Origin: Candidatus Heimdallarchaeota archaeon
GTDB taxonomy: Archaea > Asgardarchaeota > Heimdallarchaeia > Hodarchaeales > Hodarchaeaceae
DNA: 64,000 nucleotides
NCBI GenBank assembly: GCA_020353515.1
Contig: CP070695.1
Coordinates: forward strand, 3,001,231-3,065,230
Direction of reading: 5' to 3'
The notes under the pieces were generated by a model. It was not told where the DNA came from, made no database searches, and was given only the letters and a program-made list of their open reading frames with translations. Shown here one piece after another: positions 49,897-58,373 of the stretch. Each line of letters starts with the position of its first letter. Within the stretch, counting starts at the first letter, position 1. Both the position numbers and the translations under genes were made by a program.

Positions 49897-51867
49897 TCAA
49901 TCTTCCATTAATTGTTTCAAGCCCAGTGTTGTGATCCAATCAGGCCTCCCTAATTGCATAGAATCTTCAGGTGGGATAAAATTGAGGTCTTTGAGAGTCT
50001 CGAGAGCTTCCATTCGTATAAACGAGGATTCCTCTGGATCAATGAATATCTTAAATACTGGCCTAGTGATACTTGATGTCTCGTGCTTTGCCAAGGCTTC
50101 TAACGAAGCCTGTCTTAGAAGTTCATTAGAAGACCGTTCTATTACTGAATTTAGAAGAAAGTCAGTTACTTCTGAATTGGGAAATGTTCCTAGATTTCTT
50201 AGGGCTATCGCTCTAATTATAATAGAGAGGTTTTCATCCTTGGCAATAGCAATCAATATTTCTTCATTGATCCCATGTCGCGCGAGGAAATCCACAATGG
50301 ACCTTTGAACAGGGATGGGAGATTCTTTAATTGCCTCTAGAGTATTAAACGATTGATGTAAATTACTTGAAAACCAAGAAAGAGAGTCAAGAGCTCTTCC
50401 TCTAAGGAATGGGTCATCCATTTTATTTTCAGCAATGGTCTTGAGGAAAGGTACGAGATTAAAGCCGACTCTACTGATGAGAATTCTTAGAGCAAGTTCA
50501 CGGAGCTGAAAAGGTTGTGTTGAATCTTCTAAAATGTTAAAGTATTTGGTAGTGATATGATTGGTAGATAGAACAGATTTAATTGCTGATAAACTTGCAT
50601 CAGGAAACTCATCAAATATTTTTCTCCGTAGAAGTTGTGCAGATTCTTTTAATTTGTTCTCGGGAATTCCTTGACCAGAAACATGAATAGAGGCTCGAGA
50701 ATTATGAGGGTGTACTTCAAAAGAGATTTCTGGAGATTTCTTAGCAAACTCCTCTACTTGATAAGTTAAATGAAATTCCTCTGCGCCCTCAATTTCGAAC
50801 CCCACCTTGGAAGAAATGTGGTGTTGTAAATAATTCAGACAAAGCCACTTAAGAGATGCTAACTCATAAGGATTTTCGAGAATTTCAGTTATTAACTGAT
50901 TAATTTTCTCCTCTTTCAACTTAAGTGGTAAATTTCTAATAATTTTACTTCTCTCTTCAAGTGGAACCTTTCTATTAAACAATAACTTCCATTCTTCATG
51001 CCTTCTATAACTGGAAACACTTCCAAATAACAACTCTTCTTCATTTTTCGCGGTTTTTATACCAGGATGATTTTTTATTGTTTCAATAAGCTTTACAATG
51101 TCTTCCAGTTCAGTTTCTCCCTCGAATCCTTTCTCAATGAGCTCCTGTTTTGATAACATTTCCGTGGAGTCATCAATAATCTTCAGGAGGGAGTAAATAT
51201 TATCAATGATGGGATTGACGGAAAATTTTTGCTTAACTCTGAAGAATCTGAAGGTGCATCTAGGAAATCCCTCTGCGATCGTTTCTTCACGCTCAAACCT
51301 TACCCACTTGGCCACATTTTTAGCAATAATTCCATCATATTCACACATAATTGACCCAAGATCTTCACGGCCGAATTCCTTGAAGATTTCATGATAAAGG
51401 CAACGATTGATATCAAAAGCAAACTCCTCCTCGGTAGCTGAAATCTCTTGAAGTTTGAAGAATTCATTATCATAGGTTTTTTGATTACTTTTTCTAGTAT
51501 TTTCGACAAAAGTTGACCAAGGATTTTTGGAAGAGGACATGAATCGTCTCTGTGGTTCTAAGACAAAATCTTCCAGCATTACCTTATAAATTGTTAATAC
51601 ATGTTCTGTTAGTTGCTTTTTATCTTTTTCAGTAGATGGAAGTGATTCCTCTAGAGCTATAACAAACAAAGGATTTATTCCATGAAAAATTATTGTTTCA
51701 TTTTGTTTTTCTTTTAATTTACCAAATAGTTCACTAAATCGCGTAGTAAAAGAGGAAAGGATTTTTTCGCTCTCTTCCGAATTAAAAGCGTTTTTTATTT
51801 GATTAGATGTTAAAGTAATAATAAACTGGAATAACTGATCCATGTCAAAAGTCGCAGCCATTTTCAT
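49897..51867 (-). CDS. ATC_hydrolase/V4R-like domain + winged-helix-like segment + HEAT-like repeats
   Basis: FDINRCLY..MCEYD..RFEREETIAEGFPRCTFRF; repeats such as DPFLRGRALDSL, SIIIRAIALRNL, ELLRQASLEAL, SFIRMEALETL. Confidence 0.75.
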   Translation of the reverse strand: MKMAATFDMDQLFQFIITLTSNQIKNAFNSEESEKILSSFTTRFSELFGKLKEKQNETIIFHGINPLFVIALEESLPSTEKDKKQLTEHVLTIYKVMLEDFVLEPQRRFMSSSKNPWSTFVENTRKSNQKTYDNEFFKLQEISATEEEFAFDINRCLYHEIFKEFGREDLGSIMCEYDGIIAKNVAKWVRFEREETIAEGFPRCTFRFFRVKQKFSVNPIIDNIYSLLKIIDDSTEMLSKQELIEKGFEGETELEDIVKLIETIKNHPGIKTAKNEEELLFGSVSSYRRHEEWKLLFNRKVPLEERSKIIRNLPLKLKEEKINQLITEILENPYELASLKWLCLNYLQHHISSKVGFEIEGAEEFHLTYQVEEFAKKSPEISFEVHPHNSRASIHVSGQGIPENKLKESAQLLRRKIFDEFPDASLSAIKSVLSTNHITTKYFNILEDSTQPFQLRELALRILISRVGFNLVPFLKTIAENKMDDPFLRGRALDSLSWFSSNLHQSFNTLEAIKESPIPVQRSIVDFLARHGINEEILIAIAKDENLSIIIRAIALRNLGTFPNSEVTDFLLNSVIERSSNELLRQASLEALAKHETSSITRPVFKIFIDPEESSFIRMEALETLKDLNFIPPEDSMQLGRPDWITTLGLKQLMED

Positions 51868-51911
51868 CCATTCCAGATGTCCACTGAAGCTATGTTTTTA
51901 CTTGTTTATAA

Positions 51912-51946
51912 ATACATTTATATATATTAAGAGATACATTTATGTA
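51912..51946. promoter_or_regulatory. Direct repeat ATACATTTAT x2 in a ~106-bp divergent promoter
   Basis: 51912-51921 and 51934-51943 (22-bp period); TACAT-TT-ATGTA palindrome at 51935-51946. Confidence 0.4.
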
Positions 51947-51973
51947 CTAGTTATTGTACTCACAGGGAATAAT

Positions 51974-52366
51974 ATGAGTTCCAAAAACAGAAAAAAAAGG
52001 CTTAAAAGAACCTTAAAGCAAAGAGCAGAAGAAATTTTTCGTTTTATTAACAAAAGCAGTGAACCAATCGCTAAATCCCGATTTAAAGATATTGGTCTAA
52101 GTACAACATCAGCAGATAACTGGTTAGACTTGATAATCTATATTCAAAATCAAAATCGCCTTCGATTATTCAAAGCTGGTAGTTATACTTTCGTTGACAA
52201 ACAAGTATTTATTGACCGAATATCATCGAGTAAGTACCTCCAATTATGTTGGAATAACTTTCTAAATCCAGAGGAACCTTATGAAAAACGCCTTGGTTAC
52301 TTAAATGACTTTGGAAATGCTTATTTTTTCCTAGAAAGAGCAAAACTTGATCAAGTGGAAAAATAA
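51974..52366 (+). CDS. Small basic winged-helix-like protein
   Basis: ATG at 51974 avoids overlap with the divergent gene; Lys/Arg-rich N-terminus; EIFRFI..PIAKSRFKDIGLSTTSADNWLDLI. Confidence 0.65.
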   Translation: MSSKNRKKRLKRTLKQRAEEIFRFINKSSEPIAKSRFKDIGLSTTSADNWLDLIIYIQNQNRLRLFKAGSYTFVDKQVFIDRISSSKYLQLCWNNFLNPEEPYEKRLGYLNDFGNAYFFLERAKLDQVEK

Positions 52367-52414
52367 TCCCGCTAAGCATTAGTTTTATTGGTTACTTTCG
52401 ACTAATCAAAATTA

Positions 52415-53068
52415 TCAATTAAATACGATACCATACTGATTTTCATAAATGGTGTTGCGTCTTATTGTAGTTTTATTAGATGAATCTCCAATCCAAATTC
52501 CAGCTTCTACACTATTAGTTATAGTATTATTAGTAAGAGTAGCTGGGCCAGGGCAAGCTTCAATTCGAATTCCATTTAGATTAGTATTTTCTACTTTGTT
52601 ATCTGAAATTATTAAGTTTCCTGAAAAATATGCCCCTATTCCTAGAATATCAATATTCTCCACAATATTTTCATCGACAATCCCATTGATGACATTATAG
52701 AAGAGTATTCCTCCCCAAGTCTCCGTTAGACCATTGAGATAGTTATCTCTAATGATGAAATAAACATTAGTATCATGGATCACAATTAAATCTCCATAAG
52801 AATCAGTAATATTGTATCCTTCTATGATAAATGTATTACTAGAAGTCCCATCACCAGGCCAGTCTTCCATTACGGCTATCTCCCTAAAATGATCAATTCC
52901 ATAGATAATTATACGTTCATGGGTTTCATATTGCACGAAACCAAGACTCGAATGGATCGTTTTTGATGCTTTTCTCGGACAAAAGGGTCGTATATTCAGA
53001 TTGTTTGACTTCTTAAAGGATTCCCTCACCGTATTCACACATACAATGCAATTAAAAGAAACGATCAA
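52415..53068 (-). pseudogene. Truncated right-handed parallel beta-helix (NosD/CASH-like) surface protein
   Basis: WPGDGT..IIEGYNI, I.DN.V/NNTI.N..GI repeats; ends abruptly without an anchor; signal-like hydrophobic codons upstream lack a clear start. Confidence 0.6.
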
Positions 53069-53377
53069 GGGGAAAAACAGTATTAAGAGTAAAAAGGTGG
53101 ATCTAATCTGTACCTGATAAGAGATAATTATTCAACCTTAATATCCTTTCTTCGGTTAAGATTCCTGAAACATTATTAAAATATTGGGAGAATGAAAGTA
53201 TACAATCTTCAGTCATAATGATAGCTATACCGTCATTTTCTTAAATGAGTCTGAAATACTTCTTGGACGAAACCTAACTGCTTGAAACAAGATTACAGAG
53301 TTTAAGAGATTTTTAAATTCAATAATCTTCCATCAACACCCTCTCAAAGCTGATTAGCTTTTTATCATTGTAGGTAC

Positions 53378-53503
53378 TTGAATAAAAGAAAATACATCGT
53401 TATCAGGATCTTTAAAGGTAAATTCTCAATTTCTACAAGCCTTATCATAAATATCATCACTATGATGATTTCTACCTGATTTCGATATCTTTCATACGAA
53501 ATT
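53378..53503 (-). pseudogene. Degenerate copy of the 3' end of the VOC gene at 55144-55533
   Basis: ATCAGGATCTTTAAAGGTAAATTCTC identical at 53402-53427 and 55192-55217; CTACCTGATTTCGATAT at 53472-53488 and 55257-55273; in-frame stop and frameshift. Confidence 0.85.
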
Positions 53504-53643
53504 TAAGACACTTGATTCTTAAGCCTGTTACAAAAGAAAATTCTGTATTTGATTCTGATTATTTCCAAGAATTATCAATCGACAATCGAAAGATATTGCA
53601 CCATTCTCTTCATTTATTAATGCAGGAACGATTTGAGTGTACC

Positions 53644-54627
53644 ATGAAATTCCTTCAGAAGCTTTTGAAAGAAATTGCTTTAATTGGCATTCTTGTTATT
53701 ACATCTGGAGTGGTTATCGCAGGCGTAGTTCTTGCTTCCCATTCTATGAATGAACTAAACAATGCTACCAATTCTAATGATGAGATTCGTGTAACACTAT
53801 TAAATAACGCGGGAGTAATGATAGAAGCAGAAGACACCAGGATCTACATTGATCCCTATAATTTATCATCTAATTATTCTGATTATCCTGCTGATGCAAT
53901 TTTCATCACCCATAATCATGGCGACCATTATGATATAACGTCAATCGATCTCATTAGAACTAATGATACTAGTTTTTACTTTCCAGCCGTTATGATCGTG
54001 GAAATATTCCGATATGGTGCAAATCCCGTAGTTCCTGAAGATACGTTTGAAATCAATGATTTCAATGTTCGCTGCTTCTATATGTACACGATGCCTGGAT
54101 CAGATCAATCAAGCCATCCTCGGGAATTTAATTATACCAGTTATATTATTGAAATTAATGGTTTTGCAATTTTTCATGCCGGTGATTCCTGGAATATTGA
54201 TGAGTACGTGCAATTATCTGGTGAGATAGATCTAGTTCTTCTACCTCTTGGTCCAGGGTGTCAAACAATGACTGAGATAGATGTTGTCTCAGTAATAGCT
54301 ACTATTGATCCCAGTTATTTCATACCCATTCATTTCACTGAGGAGGTAAAGGAGTCATTTATTGATCAATATAATGATACCATTGAGGGTTCGGGCTGTG
54401 ATATCATAGATCTAGATTCTTTCGAATCATATACATTTGATCCACCTGACATAACAATTGATCCAACAGATGAGACGACTGATAATATCACAACTGATGA
54501 CACAACAAATAACACAACAACTGATATTGGATCAAATACCCCTGGATTTTCGCTGTCAGCAGCCATCTTAGCGGGAGTATGTTTGCTAATCTGGCAGATA
54601 AAGAAAAAGAAGTATGACTCCAATTAA
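53644..54627 (+). CDS. Surface-anchored MBL-fold hydrolase with PGF-CTERM-like tail
   Basis: IYIDP, THNHGDH, FHAGDS, IPIH; signal peptide from ATG 53644; Thr/Asp linker, TPGF + TM + KKKK. Confidence 0.85.
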   Translation: MKFLQKLLKEIALIGILVITSGVVIAGVVLASHSMNELNNATNSNDEIRVTLLNNAGVMIEAEDTRIYIDPYNLSSNYSDYPADAIFITHNHGDHYDITSIDLIRTNDTSFYFPAVMIVEIFRYGANPVVPEDTFEINDFNVRCFYMYTMPGSDQSSHPREFNYTSYIIEINGFAIFHAGDSWNIDEYVQLSGEIDLVLLPLGPGCQTMTEIDVVSVIATIDPSYFIPIHFTEEVKESFIDQYNDTIEGSGCDIIDLDSFESYTFDPPDITIDPTDETTDNITTDDTTNNTTTDIGSNTPGFSLSAAILAGVCLLIWQIKKKKYDSN

Positions 54628-55034
54628 ATGAAGAATGGAATAAATCGCTTAGTCCTCTGTATGTATTGGATATATTCCTCCCCAAATTTTTCATTCATTG
54701 CTTCCTCTTCTCTCTTTATTCTAAAAATGATTACCATGATTGTGACACCGAATGGTAATCCAAAATACCAGCTCGCGAATAACAGTGACAAGCCAATACC
54801 CACAGTGATCAGAGCTGTGTACATCGGATGTCTAACATAACGATATGGACCTGTAGTTATCAAAGATTGTTCTTCCCGAATATGTAATAAAGTTAAGTAG
54901 TTTTGACCTAAATAAAGCTGTGTTGAAAATTCAACACAGATTCCTAAGACTGCAAGAATTACACCTATCCATCTTATCCACAATGGAAAAGGAAGTGAAG
55001 ACCAATCTAGAAATAGCGGGTTTATGATGAACAA
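54624..55034 (-). pseudogene. 5'-truncated ICMT-family methyltransferase
   Basis: LITTGPYRYVRHPMYT, REEEAMNEKFGEEY..RFIP; N-terminal TM part missing, TTG start only. Confidence 0.65.
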
Positions 55035-55143
55035 ATACTAAATATCAGATGTAATAATTCATTTTCGGTCATCATAGACATCTTCCTAGTCATCTGTATG
55101 TGATTCAATTCATTTCTTATGAACTTTGGTTCTTATCACTAAA

Positions 55144-55533
55144 TTAAAGGTTTCTTGGCTTGAGTTTTGAATAAAAGGAAATTAAATACCCATCAGGATC
55201 TTTAAAGGTAAATTCTCGATCTCCCCACGCTTTATTTTCAATATCATCAATTACTCCTACCTGATTTCGATATTTTTCATAGATTTGATCCACATCTTCG
55301 ACTTGAATATAGAACTGAACTCCAGACCCATCAATCCCTCGTGGATGTAACTTGTGGTTGATGTCAGAGAAGGTTTTTCCAATACCAAAACGATCGTCTC
55401 CAATACGAACACAAACCCATGTTGGATCTTTTTTATTTGGATAATATTTATCTATCTTAAATCCCAAAATATCTCGGTAAAATTGAATTGAATTCTCAAT
55501 ATTGGACGCGTAAATCATAGGCTCTAATTTCAT
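55144..55533 (-). CDS. VOC (glyoxalase/bleomycin-resistance) family protein
   Basis: SIQFYRDILGF, FYIQVEDVD, WGDREFTFKDPDGY; start moved to ATG 55533. Confidence 0.9.
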   Translation of the reverse strand: MKLEPMIYASNIENSIQFYRDILGFKIDKYYPNKKDPTWVCVRIGDDRFGIGKTFSDINHKLHPRGIDGSGVQFYIQVEDVDQIYEKYRNQVGVIDDIENKAWGDREFTFKDPDGYLISFYSKLKPRNL

Positions 55534-55683
55534 TATCTTCCTGCATCCTTCCGATAAATAGACAATTTTAATTGAGGAAATTAAGAGGTTTTGGAACAAG
55601 CGAATCATGCATGAAAGCTTATATCTGAGGTGCGAGAGAAGAATTTATCCACTTTTATTTGAAATAGAAGGTGTAAATCACTT

Positions 55684-57060
55684 ATGATAAAAGTTGCTTT
55701 CATCGGTGCTGGTTCCCTAGTTTTTGGTGAAACCCTCCTCACAGATATCCTTACTTTTCCAACACTTCGGGATGAAATTGTCTTATGTCTTGAAGATATC
55801 GACCCAAAAAGATTAGATCTCATGTACAAATATATGCAGAAATACCGTGAAGATAATCTTCAAATCCTTGAAAATATTACAATTGAGAAGACAACAAATC
55901 AAAAAGAAGCAATTACTGATGCAAAATATATTATAAATGCAGTCCTTATTGGTGGTCTGGATGTTGTAAAGCATGATTTAGAAATTCCCTTCAAATACGG
56001 TGTGACTCAGTGTGTAGGGGATACTATAGGCCCTGGTGGAGTTTTTCGCTTTTTAAGAACCACTACGTTTTTTGATAGTCTATTAGAAGATATCAGAACT
56101 CATGGATATAAGTCTGATGACTCTAAAGGATTAAGACCGCTTCTTTTAAACTATACCAACCCCATGGCCATGAATACTTGGTATTGTAACACGATATCAC
56201 CCAATTCAACCATTGGATTGTGTCATGGAGTTTTTGGGACAGCAGCTGTATTGGAGGCAGCTGTTCATCTAATGGAAGTGAATCCACAAGGTTTCGACTA
56301 CTTATGTGCTGGGATAAACCACCTCGCTTGGTTCTTAAAAGTCCAATATAAGGATTCAAATTCAGAATGGCATGATGCCTATCCTTTAATTCGAGAAGCA
56401 AGTAAATCTCAATACTTTTTGACAGATATCGAGAAACTCCGGGTAGATATGATGAATGCAACTGGGTATTTCATGACTGAAACCTCAGGTCATCTAAGTG
56501 AATACTTACCATATTATCGAAAGAGTTCTAGCTTATTAGAGAAGTATAGAGGAGATGGATTCTATGCGGAGCTCGATCATGCTTTAGATTATAATGAGCA
56601 AAGGGTCGCTCAACAGAATTTAGAGAAGGAATTTACAGAAAAATTAAACCAAAATTCTCTCCCATTCAAAGAAATTCCTTCTTGGGAATATGCACCACTA
56701 ATTATAAATGCCATGGAGAGCATAATCCCAGTACGAATCAATGGGAACGTGTTAAACAAAGGATATATTACGAACCTTCCCCCTAATTGTTGTGTAGAGG
56801 TTCCAATCTTTTTTGATAGCTTGGGGGCACATCCTCAAGGAGGAATTGAACTACCTACAGTGTGTCAAGCGCTTTGTATGTCAAATATCATGGTTCAGAA
56901 AGCAGCAGTCGAAGGGGCACTTACATTGGATCGTGAGAAGATTTATCAGGCTGTATTACTTGATCCAAACACTGCAAGTGTCTGTTCACCCGTTGAGATC
57001 CGCGAGATGGTTGAAGAATTATTTGAAATAGAAAAACAATGGCTCCCTCAATTTGATTGA
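55684..57060 (+). CDS. GH4 NAD-dependent alpha-galactosidase/glucosidase (MelA-like)
   Basis: FIGAGS, QCVGDTIGPGG, LLNYTNPM, GLCHG, GINH, TETSGHLSEY, VEVP. Confidence 0.92.
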   Translation: MIKVAFIGAGSLVFGETLLTDILTFPTLRDEIVLCLEDIDPKRLDLMYKYMQKYREDNLQILENITIEKTTNQKEAITDAKYIINAVLIGGLDVVKHDLEIPFKYGVTQCVGDTIGPGGVFRFLRTTTFFDSLLEDIRTHGYKSDDSKGLRPLLLNYTNPMAMNTWYCNTISPNSTIGLCHGVFGTAAVLEAAVHLMEVNPQGFDYLCAGINHLAWFLKVQYKDSNSEWHDAYPLIREASKSQYFLTDIEKLRVDMMNATGYFMTETSGHLSEYLPYYRKSSSLLEKYRGDGFYAELDHALDYNEQRVAQQNLEKEFTEKLNQNSLPFKEIPSWEYAPLIINAMESIIPVRINGNVLNKGYITNLPPNCCVEVPIFFDSLGAHPQGGIELPTVCQALCMSNIMVQKAAVEGALTLDREKIYQAVLLDPNTASVCSPVEIREMVEELFEIEKQWLPQFD

Positions 57061-57210
57061 GAAATATAGAACTCTCCAAACAAGTTTAAGTTGGAATATT
57101 CAGTTTTTCCTTTTTAAGAACCACTCTGCCATATTCAAAAACTTCTTTAGGAAAAAACTCAACATGTCGAAATAGAATTCAGAAATTTAGAATAAAGGAA
57201 ATCCAAAAGT

Positions 57211-58146
57211 ATGAGCTTTCATGATCGCGTTTTCATTCTAGGTTCAGGAGCAATAGGATTAGCGCTAGCTGTTCACTTAGTAAATCAGAACCGCGAAGTT
57301 ATTCTTGTTAGAACAAGTAGAGATGATGTTTCAGAGAAAAAGACGGAAGTATCTATGAGAGATGTCCGCGGAGAGATAATCAAAGCTTCAATGAATATGG
57401 TTTCTCTAAGTAAATTAGAAAAATTAAATGGACTTATTGTTATTACAACTAAATCATATGTTAATAAAATGTTAGCATCAAAACTCTTGAATAAAAATAT
57501 TAATTCCCCATTGGTTGTAATGCAAAATGGGTTAGGCGTAGAAAACCCGTTTATTAATAATGATTTCTCTGAAATTTATAGATGCATTCTTTTTGCTACA
57601 AGTCAAACATTAGATGAGAATTTCATCCAGTATAAACCAATTGCTCCCTCATCTATCGGAATCATTAAAGGTAACAGCCATAACCTTCAAAAAATCGTTA
57701 CACTGCTTGATACACCAGGATTTCAATTTGTTATCGAAGAAAATCTTCAAGACAAAATTTGGCAAAAAGCTATCATTAACTCTGTTTTCAATTCCGTTTG
57801 CCCATTACTTGAAATAGATAATGGAATTTTTTATCGAAATGAAGATGTGACTCGTATCGCTACTGAAATCATCAAAGAGTGCCTTGTGATTGCTTCCGCA
57901 TCAGGAATTACTCTCACTGCAGATCAGTTACTACAGCAAGTGCTAAAAATCAGTGAATTATCAGATGGACAATTTATTTCAACCTTACAAGATATTAAGA
58001 ATAAAAAAGAAACAGAAATCAGTTTATTAAATCTAGAAATAGCCAGAATTGCAGAGAAATTAGAATTAAAAACACACGTTGCGAAAACAGAATTACTTGG
58101 GAAGCTGATACTCCTTAAATCGGAAATTCATATGCAAAAAGTATAA
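57211..58146 (+). CDS. Ketopantoate reductase family protein (ApbA/PanE-like)
   Basis: GSGAIG, TKSY, MQNGLG, IWQKAIINS, STLQDI..ETEI. Confidence 0.85.
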   Translation: MSFHDRVFILGSGAIGLALAVHLVNQNREVILVRTSRDDVSEKKTEVSMRDVRGEIIKASMNMVSLSKLEKLNGLIVITTKSYVNKMLASKLLNKNINSPLVVMQNGLGVENPFINNDFSEIYRCILFATSQTLDENFIQYKPIAPSSIGIIKGNSHNLQKIVTLLDTPGFQFVIEENLQDKIWQKAIINSVFNSVCPLLEIDNGIFYRNEDVTRIATEIIKECLVIASASGITLTADQLLQQVLKISELSDGQFISTLQDIKNKKETEISLLNLEIARIAEKLELKTHVAKTELLGKLILLKSEIHMQKV

Positions 58147-58249
58147 TGCTTATTTTATTAACCACAAAATGAAATTGTTTGCTGTATTTGTAGAAATGAG
58201 CAATTAGAGCTGATGTGTAATATATGTAGTTCTGCAAGAATAGAAGGGG

Positions 58250-58299
58250 ATACTTTCAACATAATTTGATTGATTGATTGATTGAAATATTGAAAGTAT
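58250..58299. repeat. 10-bp inverted repeat enclosing a (TTGA)5 microsatellite between convergent genes
   Basis: ATACTTTCAA (58250-58259) ... TTGAAAGTAT (58290-58299); TTGA x5 at 58266-58285. Confidence 0.55.
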
Positions 58300-58373
58300 T
58301 CTTTCAGCTAGAATAAAGAGGGAAACAACCATCTATCCAGTTGGAAAGTCAAACGAATTTGAACTACTGAAGT

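Noticed and set aside
51842-51973. Long N-terminal extension of the small wHTH ORF given in the ORF track
   Set aside because: It overlaps the divergent gene's start and runs across AT-rich promoter-like DNA; ATG 51974 is more plausible.
43365-58300. AATATTGAAAGTATT present in two distant intergenic regions (near 43365 and 58286)
   Set aside because: Very AT-rich 15-mer in different contexts (upstream of a gene versus between convergent genes); plausible by chance.
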